NCBI GenBank assembly: GCA_049520515.1
Contig: JBEKPS010000004.1
Coordinates: forward strand, 57,395-121,394
DNA length: 64,000 nt
DNA from: Vulcanimicrobiaceae bacterium
GTDB lineage: Bacteria > Vulcanimicrobiota > Vulcanimicrobiia > Vulcanimicrobiales > Vulcanimicrobiaceae
Reading direction: 5' to 3'
A program made the translations under genes and the position numbers. The notes below the pieces were generated by a model that saw only the letters and a list, made by a program, of their open reading frames with translations, ran no database searches and was not told where the DNA came from. Below are positions 46,497 to 54,361 of this stretch, in pieces (position 1 is the stretch's first letter; each line of letters opens with the position of its first letter).

Positions 46497-48134
46497 TTAG
46501 CGGGGCGAGACCGCGATAACGTCGGCGTCTTCGAAGAGCACGCGCCCGCAGCCGCGTGCATCTTGTGCACGCTCGTCGCCTTTTGCGACGACGATCCACG
46601 CCTTTTCGATCTGCGCCCCTTCGCAGTCGATTCCGTCGGCATCGATGATTCGGACCGCTGGTGCGAGCATGAGAAGTGTGCCGGCGCGCAGGTTGACGCT
46701 TTCGGCGTCGTGCGGATGCGCGCGAAACCAAGCGTAGACTGAATGCGAATCACCGTAGAACGACACGACGTTTGCGGACGCGACGCCGCTTCCGTAGAGG
46801 AAGAGCGCTAATGACGCAACGCTCGCGAGCGGAGCGGACACGCGTCGCAACTGCGGTGAGAATGCCAGGCACGCTGCAATCCCCGCGATGCATGCGAAAC
46901 TGACTGCGGCGAGTATGGTTGGATCGTGGTTGAGGATATAGAGCAATCGAGCAAATCCTGCAACCGCGCTCAGGATCGAAAGCGCGATGACGACGATCGG
47001 AATTCGACGCGCGATCGGTGCGACGCAAAGAACGCCGAGTACGAGCGCGGGCAAATCAAAACGCAACGACCAACCGAACGCGAGTTGCGGCAGGTTGTTG
47101 CCGTAACCGAACGGGCTTAGCAAGAAGAAAACGATCGAAACGATGCCGATGAACGCGAGGCGGCGCACCTCGCCGGGCATAAAAAGCGCGAAAAGCGGTG
47201 CCAGAAAGAAAACAACCATCGCCGGTCCGCGCGCGCCGACCGCCAAAGCGAGTACGGCCAAAGAGCTCGGTAGGTTGCCGAGGATCGTCGTTGACCACGC
47301 CCCGCTAGAGTACGTCGATTCCACCGAGTTGATCGCATGAGGTGCAAGCAGCGCATCGTGCAGCGACCAAAGCAAGATCGGAACCAAGCCGACGAGTAGC
47401 CGCGGGCGGCTCATGCACACGGTTGCGAGCAGCGCATACGCCCATCCGTACGGTTTCATCAGCGAGAGCGCGACGATTGGGATGATTCCCGTCCAATCCG
47501 GCGTCCGCAGCATCCAGAGCGCCTCGAGAAACCACGCGGCAAGTATGAGATCGTTGCGCTGATCGTATGTTTGAAACGCGACGGTACTTATCGTGATGAA
47601 GGCGGCGCTGAGCGCGACCGCGGCCGGAGCGGGGACATCGAGCGTGCGTAACCAGAGGACGAGCCGTGTGCTCAACATGACGGCTGCTAATAACGACACC
47701 GCACCGGTGATCCAAAGTCCGCCCGCGGCAACGACGCCGGAAATGCTCAGCTCAGAGCCCGGCGGATACCACCAGTAGCGCATCCACGTCGGATCGAGCG
47801 AATGCGCTTGAACCCACGCGAGGGCGTTCGGCAAATGATACGCGAGCGAGTCGCCGTCCGTCGGCGCCCGTGGAATGTACGGTGACGCCACGATCAGCGT
47901 CACGGCTGCGGCTAAGCCTTCCCAGGGATCGAATGCGGTCGTCGTGCCGCGCGCGATGTACGCGCGCAATCCACACACGATTGTCGCGGCGAGAAACACG
48001 CCGACCAGCGTGAGCACATGCAGCGTCGCAAGCACCAGCGGAATCGCAAGAAGAAGAACGAGCATGTTCCGCAAGCGAGACGGAACGTCGATTCGCTCCT
48101 CGCGCGATAGCAGCGGCGCCGCATACCACAGCAT
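46497..48134 (-). CDS. Polytopic membrane protein, PMT/ArnT-like GT-C glycosyltransferase (putative)
   Basis: 545 aa, 12 or more hydrophobic segments. An early loop reads PRAPTDGDSLAYHLPNALAW, resembling the acidic-loop motif of ArnT/PMT enzymes. Short soluble C-terminus. Confidence 0.6.
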   Translation of the reverse strand: MLWYAAPLLSREERIDVPSRLRNMLVLLLAIPLVLATLHVLTLVGVFLAATIVCGLRAYIARGTTTAFDPWEGLAAAVTLIVASPYIPRAPTDGDSLAYHLPNALAWVQAHSLDPTWMRYWWYPPGSELSISGVVAAGGLWITGAVSLLAAVMLSTRLVLWLRTLDVPAPAAVALSAAFITISTVAFQTYDQRNDLILAAWFLEALWMLRTPDWTGIIPIVALSLMKPYGWAYALLATVCMSRPRLLVGLVPILLWSLHDALLAPHAINSVESTYSSGAWSTTILGNLPSSLAVLALAVGARGPAMVVFFLAPLFALFMPGEVRRLAFIGIVSIVFFLLSPFGYGNNLPQLAFGWSLRFDLPALVLGVLCVAPIARRIPIVVIALSILSAVAGFARLLYILNHDPTILAAVSFACIAGIAACLAFSPQLRRVSAPLASVASLALFLYGSGVASANVVSFYGDSHSVYAWFRAHPHDAESVNLRAGTLLMLAPAVRIIDADGIDCEGAQIEKAWIVVAKGDERAQDARGCGRVLFEDADVIAVSPR

Positions 48135-48177
48135 CGCGAGCCATACGAGCGCGACGAGGGTCTGCGCGATCGTCAGA

Positions 48178-48405
48178 TTACTTGTGAAAGAGGACGGCCA
48201 GCATTAAACTGACCCAAGTTCCAAGCATGAGGCCAATGAGCCATGTGAACCTAGATTCTAGGACCTGATCGATGCGGCCGAGGCGCGTGTCGAAACGGAC
48301 CTCCATACCATCGAGGCGCCGATCGATGCTACCCAAACGCTCCACGACCTGATCGAGCACACCCTCAAGGTGCGCCATCCGAACCTCGATCGGTTGCGCG
48401 CTCAT
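48178..48405 (-). CDS. Small tail-anchored coiled-coil protein
   Basis: 75 aa. Heptad-like N-terminal region (LEGVLDQVVERLGSIDRRLDGMEVRFDTRLGRIDQVL) and a C-terminal TM (WLIGLMLGTWVSLMLAVLF). Confidence 0.5.
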   Translation of the reverse strand: MSAQPIEVRMAHLEGVLDQVVERLGSIDRRLDGMEVRFDTRLGRIDQVLESRFTWLIGLMLGTWVSLMLAVLFHK

Positions 48406-48471
48406 CTCCGTGTTTTCCTCAAAGCGGACCCTCCGCGCCTCTATTCACGCGGCGAAGAGGCCACGCAAGGC

Positions 48472-48912
48472 CTAGAACGTTTTTACTTTTGAAAGACCTG
48501 ACGAACGGAACAGCGTTTCGAGCTTGGGGACGTTGTCTTGCTTGCCGGCGAAATAGGCGACGACGCTGCGCCCGGCAGAGAGCGCCTCGAGATAATTTTC
48601 AATCTCGTCGTCGGGAATCTCGAAATCGTCGAGCCGATCCCACAATTCTTCATTACGAAAGTACGAACTGTGGCCGGGAAGCTCGTAGTCGGATTTTCCA
48701 CCCGAAATGCCCGGAACGCCCGTGCCTTGACCGCCGCCGAGCATCAAGCGCGTGTCGATGCGCTGATCGCTCTCAACATCCGTGAGGTTCTTGTCGCTGT
48801 CGTCGGGATTGACGAGCTGAATCGGATCGAGCGGAAACCCCGCATCTTGCAGAGCTTTTTCCAAGCCTTTGATGTCGGAAGTTTGCGAGATACCGGTCAC
48901 GGTCAAACCCAA
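48472..48912 (-). CDS. Hypothetical protein with two YflT/general-stress-like beta-alpha-beta modules
   Basis: I shortened the track's 371-aa ORF, whose Arg-rich 5' part overlaps the upstream gene. TTG48912 is preceded by GGAGGA 7 nt upstream. LTVTGISQTSDIKGLEKALQDAGF and SVVAYFAGKQDNVPKLETLFRSSGL resemble each other. The start is uncertain. Confidence 0.45.
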   Translation of the reverse strand: MGLTVTGISQTSDIKGLEKALQDAGFPLDPIQLVNPDDSDKNLTDVESDQRIDTRLMLGGGQGTGVPGISGGKSDYELPGHSSYFRNEELWDRLDDFEIPDDEIENYLEALSAGRSVVAYFAGKQDNVPKLETLFRSSGLSKVKTF

Positions 48913-48974
48913 GAGAACATCCTCCGAAATGCGCGGCGCGTCGGCCTCGCTTCGCTGGGGACCCGAGGCGCCCT

Positions 48975-49820
48975 TTAGCGCGACATCGGCGGCCCAGTAA
49001 TGGGCCGGCGCACGCCGGCCATCGCCGACGGCACGAATCCGAGAATCGCAGCGCCGAGGCCGACGAGTATCATCAATGCCGTCACGAGCCAGCCGACGCC
49101 GGGAACGATTTCCGCGGCGCTGACGACGACGAGTCCTAGCAGCAGCGCAGCAAGCGGTGAAGGCGTCGTATTCGGACGGATCAGCTCCGAGAGCCGCCGG
49201 CCGACGAGCAACGCAATTGCGGCTTGGCCGATCCACACGCCCGCGAAGATCGCCGCGATCTCGATGACGATCAGCGGAATTCCAACGATCGAAAGAATCA
49301 ATAAAATCCCAAGCGGCACCACCGCGACGCATGCGAGCAGCCCGATCATTGCGGCGAGGCCTGGTTGCGTCTCGACGCGACCGAGCGCCATGCGCACGCG
49401 CATCGGGAAGAGCAAGAACATCAGAAAGACGATGAAGTTCGCGGCCAGCGTCAGCGAGAGTTGCTTCGATTCGCCCGCAAACGGAATATCGTCGAACGCA
49501 TTCCCAATCCATGGAACGAAGCTGCCGACCGACGCTGTTTGCAGGCAATTCACTTCGCCTTCGACGACGCCGTTCGAGGTGTCGCAACTGCCGGCGAAAA
49601 CGTTGAGGTCGCCGTCGACGCGACCTTCGATCGTCGCGTTCCCGAAGAAGACGTTCAGATCGCCGGTGACGACTTCACCGGGCTCGATCGTGACGTTGCG
49701 AAACATGTAGTTCGCGCCGTGATGGAACCAGTGATGGTGCGTCGGTGCGGTCCACGCACGATGCGAGAGCGAGATTACGGCGACGATCGCAATAAGCGCA
49801 ACGATACCCGAGCGTCGCAT
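48975..49820 (-). CDS. Membrane protein with bactofilin-like beta-helix repeats
   Basis: 281 aa. Signal/TM, then NVTIEPGEVVTGDLNVFFGNATIEGRVDGDLNVFAGS..VVEGEVN (polymer-forming cytoskeletal-type repeats by eye), then about 5 TM helices. The ATG overlaps the anti-sigma stop (TGATG). Confidence 0.6.
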   Translation of the reverse strand: MRRSGIVALIAIVAVISLSHRAWTAPTHHHWFHHGANYMFRNVTIEPGEVVTGDLNVFFGNATIEGRVDGDLNVFAGSCDTSNGVVEGEVNCLQTASVGSFVPWIGNAFDDIPFAGESKQLSLTLAANFIVFLMFLLFPMRVRMALGRVETQPGLAAMIGLLACVAVVPLGILLILSIVGIPLIVIEIAAIFAGVWIGQAAIALLVGRRLSELIRPNTTPSPLAALLLGLVVVSAAEIVPGVGWLVTALMILVGLGAAILGFVPSAMAGVRRPITGPPMSR

Positions 49821-50359
49821 CAGGCCGACTCACTGCGCGCGAGACGCGAGATGACGCGCGGCGCAAAGAATGCCAGCGCGATCAACAGCACGTCGACACC
49901 GAGTACGAGGGCGACGATGCTCGCAATTCCTGTCGAGCCGATTCCGGCTGCGACGGCGCGACCGACGTCGTAGAATGCACGCGAGCTGTGATCGAGCAGA
50001 CCGAGTGCGAGCGAAAACACTCCGTGCGCGTCGGGACGACCGATTGCAAACCACGTTCCGATCCCAAGCCACGATGCTAACAGATAGAATCCGGCCGCCG
50101 ACCATAGCGGGAGGCGCGGCGCAGCCGGTTTCGGCGGCGGCAGCGTGCGAATCTCGGCCATCGTCTTCTGCGTGAAGTTCGGAGCCGGCTCGAGCAGACG
50201 CGGCGTGAGCAGCAACGCGTCGATGACGCGCAGCTCTTCGAGCACTGAGGTGCAGCGCGCGCACTGTGCGAGATGTGTCTCGACGTTATGGCGCTGCAGC
50301 ACGCTGAGCGTGCCGTCGAGCAAACCGTCAAAAAGATTCTCAGACGCGGTGCAATGCAT
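49820..50359 (-). CDS. Anti-sigma factor (zf-HC2 type)
   Basis: 179 aa. The N-terminal H-x3-C-x2-C motif (HLAQCARC) is typical of zf-HC2 anti-sigma domains. TM segments follow. Located directly downstream of the ECF sigma gene. Confidence 0.8.
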   Translation of the reverse strand: MHCTASENLFDGLLDGTLSVLQRHNVETHLAQCARCTSVLEELRVIDALLLTPRLLEPAPNFTQKTMAEIRTLPPPKPAAPRLPLWSAAGFYLLASWLGIGTWFAIGRPDAHGVFSLALGLLDHSSRAFYDVGRAVAAGIGSTGIASIVALVLGVDVLLIALAFFAPRVISRLARSESA

Positions 50360-50960
50360 ACTTCATACTCAAGGCGCGAAAGCTGCTGGCTTCCGTCTCC
50401 GTCTGGCGGAGTTTGTGGGCGAGTGCGAGCTTACCGCGGTGAATCAATGTCTTGACGTTGCCAAGCGAGAGCCCCATCGTCTGCGCGATCGTCTGATAAT
50501 CCATGTTGTCGTAGTAGCGCAAGGCGAGGACGGTGCGCGTGCGTTCGGGCAGCTGCGCGAGTGCGGCGCGAACTTCGGCCTCGGCTTCCGAGCGGAGAAC
50601 GCCGCCGGCTGGATCGGCTTCTATTGAGAGATCGGGAAGCGTGTTTTCGAGTGTCTGTTCTTCGGCGAGCTCTTGTGTCGCCGGACGGCGCTGGGCTTTC
50701 CCGAGATGCGTGCGCACGACGTTGCGCGCGATGTGATAGATCCACGTCGAAAACTTTCCGAGCTGTGGGTTGAACGTGCCGAGGTGCGCGTAGGCGCGCA
50801 TGAACGTTTCCTGCGAGAGATCGGCGACGTCCGATTGGGAGCGGACGCTCGCGCCGATGAAATTAGCGATCCCGCGTTTGTACCGCTCAACCAGAACGGC
50901 GAATTGTTCGTGGTCTCCGGCAAGGACGTTTCGGACGAGGGCTTCATCGCGCGGTCCCAT
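50340..50960 (-). CDS. ECF-family RNA polymerase sigma factor
   Basis: I set the start at ATG50960 (MGPRDEALVRNVLAGDHEQFAVLVERY). Region 2 reads DLSQETFMRAY..FSTWIYHIARN; region 4 reads ALRYYDNMDYQTIAQTMGLSLGNVKTLIHRGK. Confidence 0.9.
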   Translation of the reverse strand: MGPRDEALVRNVLAGDHEQFAVLVERYKRGIANFIGASVRSQSDVADLSQETFMRAYAHLGTFNPQLGKFSTWIYHIARNVVRTHLGKAQRRPATQELAEEQTLENTLPDLSIEADPAGGVLRSEAEAEVRAALAQLPERTRTVLALRYYDNMDYQTIAQTMGLSLGNVKTLIHRGKLALAHKLRQTETEASSFRALSMKYALHRV

Positions 50961-51005
50961 GGCTTTCACCGGGAGATACTGCCGGAAGAGGGCAAGGTTT
51001 CGCGG

Positions 51006-52481
51006 ATGCAGCTCGAGCTCGATTGGGACGCCGTCGCGGAGTGCCGTGACCTGGCGGGGCGGATCGTTGACCCGGTGGCCGCGTTCATCGGGGCTCATTC
51101 GACCGTCTCCGTTGAGCGGGCGATCGCTCGCTTACTCGGCGCGGCGGGTGCGGGCGAAGATGGAGTCCCCGTTGCCAACACCGTCGTCGACGCGCTCGGC
51201 CCGCGGCTACCGCACGGAGTGGCGAGTGCGATGGCTGCGGATCTGGGCCGGTCCGAGATCGAGCGGCGCGCGCACGCGGGGCTCGCCAAGATCGAAGCTC
51301 GGCGTCGCGAACGCGACGCGTTCCTCGAGCGATTGCCGCAAGGCGTGCCGCCGCTGCTCTACGTTATCGTGGCCAGCGGCAACATCTATGAAGACCGCAT
51401 CGCAGCGGTCGCGGCAGCGGAGGCCGGCGCGCAGATCATCGCGGTGATCCGCTCGACGGGGCAGTCGTTGCTTGATTTCGTTCCGGAAGGCGCAACGACC
51501 GAAGGCTTCGGCGGCACGTACGCAACGCAAGAAAATTTTCGCATCATGCGTGAGGCGCTCGATGAAGGCGGGGAACGGCTCGGGCGTTACGTGATGCTCA
51601 CGAACTACGCGAGCGGATTGTGCATGCCCGAGATTGCGGCGCTTGCGGCACTCGAGCGCCTCGACATGCTGCTCAACGATTCGATGTACGGGATTCTCTT
51701 CCGCGACATCAACATGCGGCGCACGTTCGTGGATCAACATTTCTCGCGAATGCTCAATGCGCACGCCGGGATCATCATCAACACCGGCGAGGACAACTAC
51801 CTCACGACGGCGGATGCCGTGGAACAAGCTCCGTCGGTCTTGGCGTCGCAGTTCATCAACGAAGAGTTCGCGCATCGGGCCGGCATGCCGGACAAGCAGC
51901 TCGGCCTTGGCGACGCATTCGAGATCGATCCGGATTTGGAGGACGGGTTTCTTTTCCAGCTCGCCCAAGCGCAGTTGACGCGCCAGATCTTCCCGGACGC
52001 GCCGCTGAAATACATGCCGCCCACCAAGCACATGACCGGAGATGTCTTCAAAGGTCACCTGATGGACGGGATGTTCGATCTCGCGTCGGTGATGACGCAT
52101 CAGACGATTCATCTGTGCGGAATGCTGACGGAAGCGATACACACGCCGTTGCTCGGCGATCGTGCGCTCTCTATTGAAGGCGCTCGTTACGTGATGGGCA
52201 CGGCGCGCCATCTCGGTGATGAGCTCGAGATCAAGCCCGGCGGCGTGATCGAGCATCGCGCGCGTCACGTGCTCGACTCCGCGCGCACGCGCTTGCGTGA
52301 GGTCGCCGAAATCGGACTCGAAGCCGCAATCCAAGCTCGCGTTTTCGCCGACGTCTCACGCACGCCAACCGGCGGCCGCGGCTACGAGGGCGTCTTCGAA
52401 AAAGCTGATGATTATTGGAATCCGTTTGAAGAAGCGCTTCTGCGTAGAATGGGCCCCTTAATAGACGCACATTCTGCGTAG
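51006..52481 (+). CDS. kamD: D-lysine 5,6-aminomutase alpha subunit
   Basis: I set the start at ATG51006 (MQLELDWDAV..HSTVSVERAIARLLG). LLYVIVASGNIYEDRIAAVAAAEAGAQIIAVIRSTGQSLLDFVPEGATTEGFGGTYATQENFRIMREALD, GEDNYLTTADA and LKYMPPTKHMTGD are collinear with clostridial KamD as I remember it. Confidence 0.9.
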   Translation: MQLELDWDAVAECRDLAGRIVDPVAAFIGAHSTVSVERAIARLLGAAGAGEDGVPVANTVVDALGPRLPHGVASAMAADLGRSEIERRAHAGLAKIEARRRERDAFLERLPQGVPPLLYVIVASGNIYEDRIAAVAAAEAGAQIIAVIRSTGQSLLDFVPEGATTEGFGGTYATQENFRIMREALDEGGERLGRYVMLTNYASGLCMPEIAALAALERLDMLLNDSMYGILFRDINMRRTFVDQHFSRMLNAHAGIIINTGEDNYLTTADAVEQAPSVLASQFINEEFAHRAGMPDKQLGLGDAFEIDPDLEDGFLFQLAQAQLTRQIFPDAPLKYMPPTKHMTGDVFKGHLMDGMFDLASVMTHQTIHLCGMLTEAIHTPLLGDRALSIEGARYVMGTARHLGDELEIKPGGVIEHRARHVLDSARTRLREVAEIGLEAAIQARVFADVSRTPTGGRGYEGVFEKADDYWNPFEEALLRRMGPLIDAHSA

Positions 52482-52484
52482 AAT
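52438..52484. repeat. Perfect 13-bp direct repeat TTCTGCGTAGAAT (52438-52450 and 52472-52484)
   Basis: Read directly from the sequence. The second copy contains the kamD stop codon. The two copies are in different reading frames (offset 34 nt). Confidence 0.9.
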
Positions 52485-52509
52485 AATTGGCATCCGCGGA
52501 GAATAGTGG

Positions 52510-52537
52510 TATAATATACGCAAATCATGCGTATATT
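52510..52537 (+). promoter_or_regulatory. Candidate -10 box plus 10-bp inverted-repeat operator overlapping the fic start codon
   Basis: TATAAT at 52510-52515. AATATACGCA (52513-52522) and TGCGTATATT (52528-52537) are perfect reverse complements with a 5-nt spacer. The fic ATG is at 52527. This is an AT-rich patch in a GC-rich genome. Confidence 0.3.
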
Positions 52538-53639
52538 GCCGCCGCGTTATATTCACGAGCGCCCAGAATGGCCGCATTTCCGCCTGGATTCAGAACGGCT
52601 GGCTGGGCACCTAGCAAGCGTCCGGCATTTGCAAGGACGCTTGCTTGGTCGAATGACGGGGCTTGGCTTCACTCTCCAAGCTGAGGCTACCGTCCAAAGC
52701 CTAACCGAGGAGGTGCTCAAATCCAGCGAGATCGAGGGCGAGAAGCTTAACAGGGATCAGGTGCGATCGTCCATTGCGCGGCGTCTCGGCGTGGACATCG
52801 GCGCCTTGACTCCGGCCGACCGAAACGTCGAGGGTGTCGTTGAGATGATGCTCGACGCTACGCAGCGGTATGGCGAGCCCCTGACGGAGGCGCGGCTATA
52901 TGGCTGGCATGCGGCCTTGTTCCCTACCGGATACAGCGGGATGCACAAGATAACGGTAGGCGCATGGCGCACAGATGCGGCTGGTCCAATGCGAGTGGTA
53001 TCCGGACCATTTGGCGCAGAACGGGTCCACTACGAGGCGCCTTCTGCGGACCGCATCGATGAGGAGATGCGCTCCTTTTTGCGATGGCTCAATGGCAGCG
53101 CCGATATGGATCTCGTTCTGAAGGCCGGCGTTGCTCATCTATGGTTCGTGACAATTCATCCATTTGAAGACGGCAACGGGCGAATTGCGCGCGCGATCGC
53201 GGATCTTTTGCTGGCTAGATCGGAGCAAATTTCACAGCGATTTTATAGCATGTCAGCGCAAATACGTAAGGAACGTGACGAGTACTATAACCTACTTGAA
53301 GCAACGCAAAAGGGTGATCTTGATATCACGTCCTGGCTCAATTGGTTCCTTGACTGCCTCGGACGCGCATTCGAAGGAGCAGAGGCAGAACTGAAAGACG
53401 TTCTGTCAAAGGCGCGTTTTTGGGAAGCTCACCGCGACGCATCGTTAAACGAACGGCAACGAACCATGGTTAACAAGTTACTCGACGGATTCCAGGGTAA
53501 ACTGACATCCACGAAATGGGCGAAAATTACGAAATCCTCTCACGACACCGCGCTGCGAGACATTGAAGCGCTCGTGGCAAAGGGAATTCTTAAGAAAGAT
53601 CCAGGAGGCGGTAGAAGCACGAGCTATTCGCTGTGCTAG
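52527..53639 (+). CDS. Fic-family protein (DUF4172-type N-terminus, intramolecular inhibitory helix, C-terminal wHTH-like region)
   Basis: 370 aa. Fic active-site motif HPFEDGNGRIAR. N-terminal [S/T]xxxE[G/N] inhibitory motif SSEIEG. Visibly lower GC than its neighbours. Confidence 0.93.
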   Translation: MRILPPRYIHERPEWPHFRLDSERLAGHLASVRHLQGRLLGRMTGLGFTLQAEATVQSLTEEVLKSSEIEGEKLNRDQVRSSIARRLGVDIGALTPADRNVEGVVEMMLDATQRYGEPLTEARLYGWHAALFPTGYSGMHKITVGAWRTDAAGPMRVVSGPFGAERVHYEAPSADRIDEEMRSFLRWLNGSADMDLVLKAGVAHLWFVTIHPFEDGNGRIARAIADLLLARSEQISQRFYSMSAQIRKERDEYYNLLEATQKGDLDITSWLNWFLDCLGRAFEGAEAELKDVLSKARFWEAHRDASLNERQRTMVNKLLDGFQGKLTSTKWAKITKSSHDTALRDIEALVAKGILKKDPGGGRSTSYSLC

Positions 53640-54361
53640 TCAGACCTTACGGCGACACAAAAGATGACGGCGTAGTACAGCTGTCGTTCACGTTGCCGCT
53701 CGAATGGAGTGAGGCGGCCGATGAAGCGGCGCGACGGCTTGTCGCGCAGATGGGCTTCACGGATGTTGCGGTAGCAGAAGGCCGCGAGATCGCGCGCGGA
53801 TTTTCGTTCTTCGTCGTGTACGCGCGCACCAAAGTCTCAGTTGAAGTCGACAACATCGCGGCTGCAATTCCCCACGAACGGCCGCTTGCAATGGAAGAAG
53901 TCGATGGACTCTTGCGCGAGCGCTTCGGGCGCAAAGTTCGCGTCGCCGGCGCGTGCATCGGTACCGATGCGCACACGGTCGGGATCGACGCAATCCTTAA
54001 CATGAAGGGCTGGAAAGGCGACTACGGCCTCGAGCGTTATGCGATGTTCGACACCCTGAATTTGGGCGCGCAGGTTGCGGTCGAGGATCTGGTGAGCATT
54101 GCGCGCGAGCGCGATCTCGACGTCATACTCGCCTCGCAAGTCGTCACGCAAAAAGGGAGCGACGTCCTCAATTTCACGGCGCTTGCCGAACGGCTCGAAG
54201 AAGCGGGTTTGCGCGATCGCATTCTGCTCTTGTGCGGTGGCCCGCGCGTGACGAATCTGCTCGCGGCAGAGCTCGGTTACGACGCCGGCTTCGGCCGCGG
54301 CACGCTGCCCAGCGAAGTGGCGACGTTCATTGCTCGCCGCTTGATCGAGCGCGCCGCGTGA
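53633..54361 (+). CDS. kamE: D-lysine 5,6-aminomutase beta (B12-binding) subunit
   Basis: 242 aa. RPYGDTKDDGVVQLSFTLP, B12-binding DxHxxG motif GTDAHTVGIDAILNMKG, LLCGGPRV..ELGYDAGFG. The GTG start lies 4 nt before the fic stop. Confidence 0.9.
   Translation: MLVRPYGDTKDDGVVQLSFTLPLEWSEAADEAARRLVAQMGFTDVAVAEGREIARGFSFFVVYARTKVSVEVDNIAAAIPHERPLAMEEVDGLLRERFGRKVRVAGACIGTDAHTVGIDAILNMKGWKGDYGLERYAMFDTLNLGAQVAVEDLVSIARERDLDVILASQVVTQKGSDVLNFTALAERLEEAGLRDRILLLCGGPRVTNLLAAELGYDAGFGRGTLPSEVATFIARRLIERAA

Noticed and set aside
18463-48134. Looked for integrase, transposase, tRNA or direct-repeat boundaries that would define the low-GC glycan island (and the fic insertion) as a classical mobile element
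   Set aside because: I recognised none in any frame. The island is therefore reported only as compositionally atypical, not as a mobile element.
50961-51005. Possibility of a cobalamin riboswitch upstream of the B12-dependent kamD
   Set aside because: Only 45 bp separate kamD from the divergent sigma gene. That is far too short for a ~200-nt B12 riboswitch, and I saw no B12-box-like sequence.
51207-52334. 375-aa minus-strand ORF
   Set aside because: Antisense to kamD, whose frame is collinear with known lysine 5,6-aminomutase alpha subunits.
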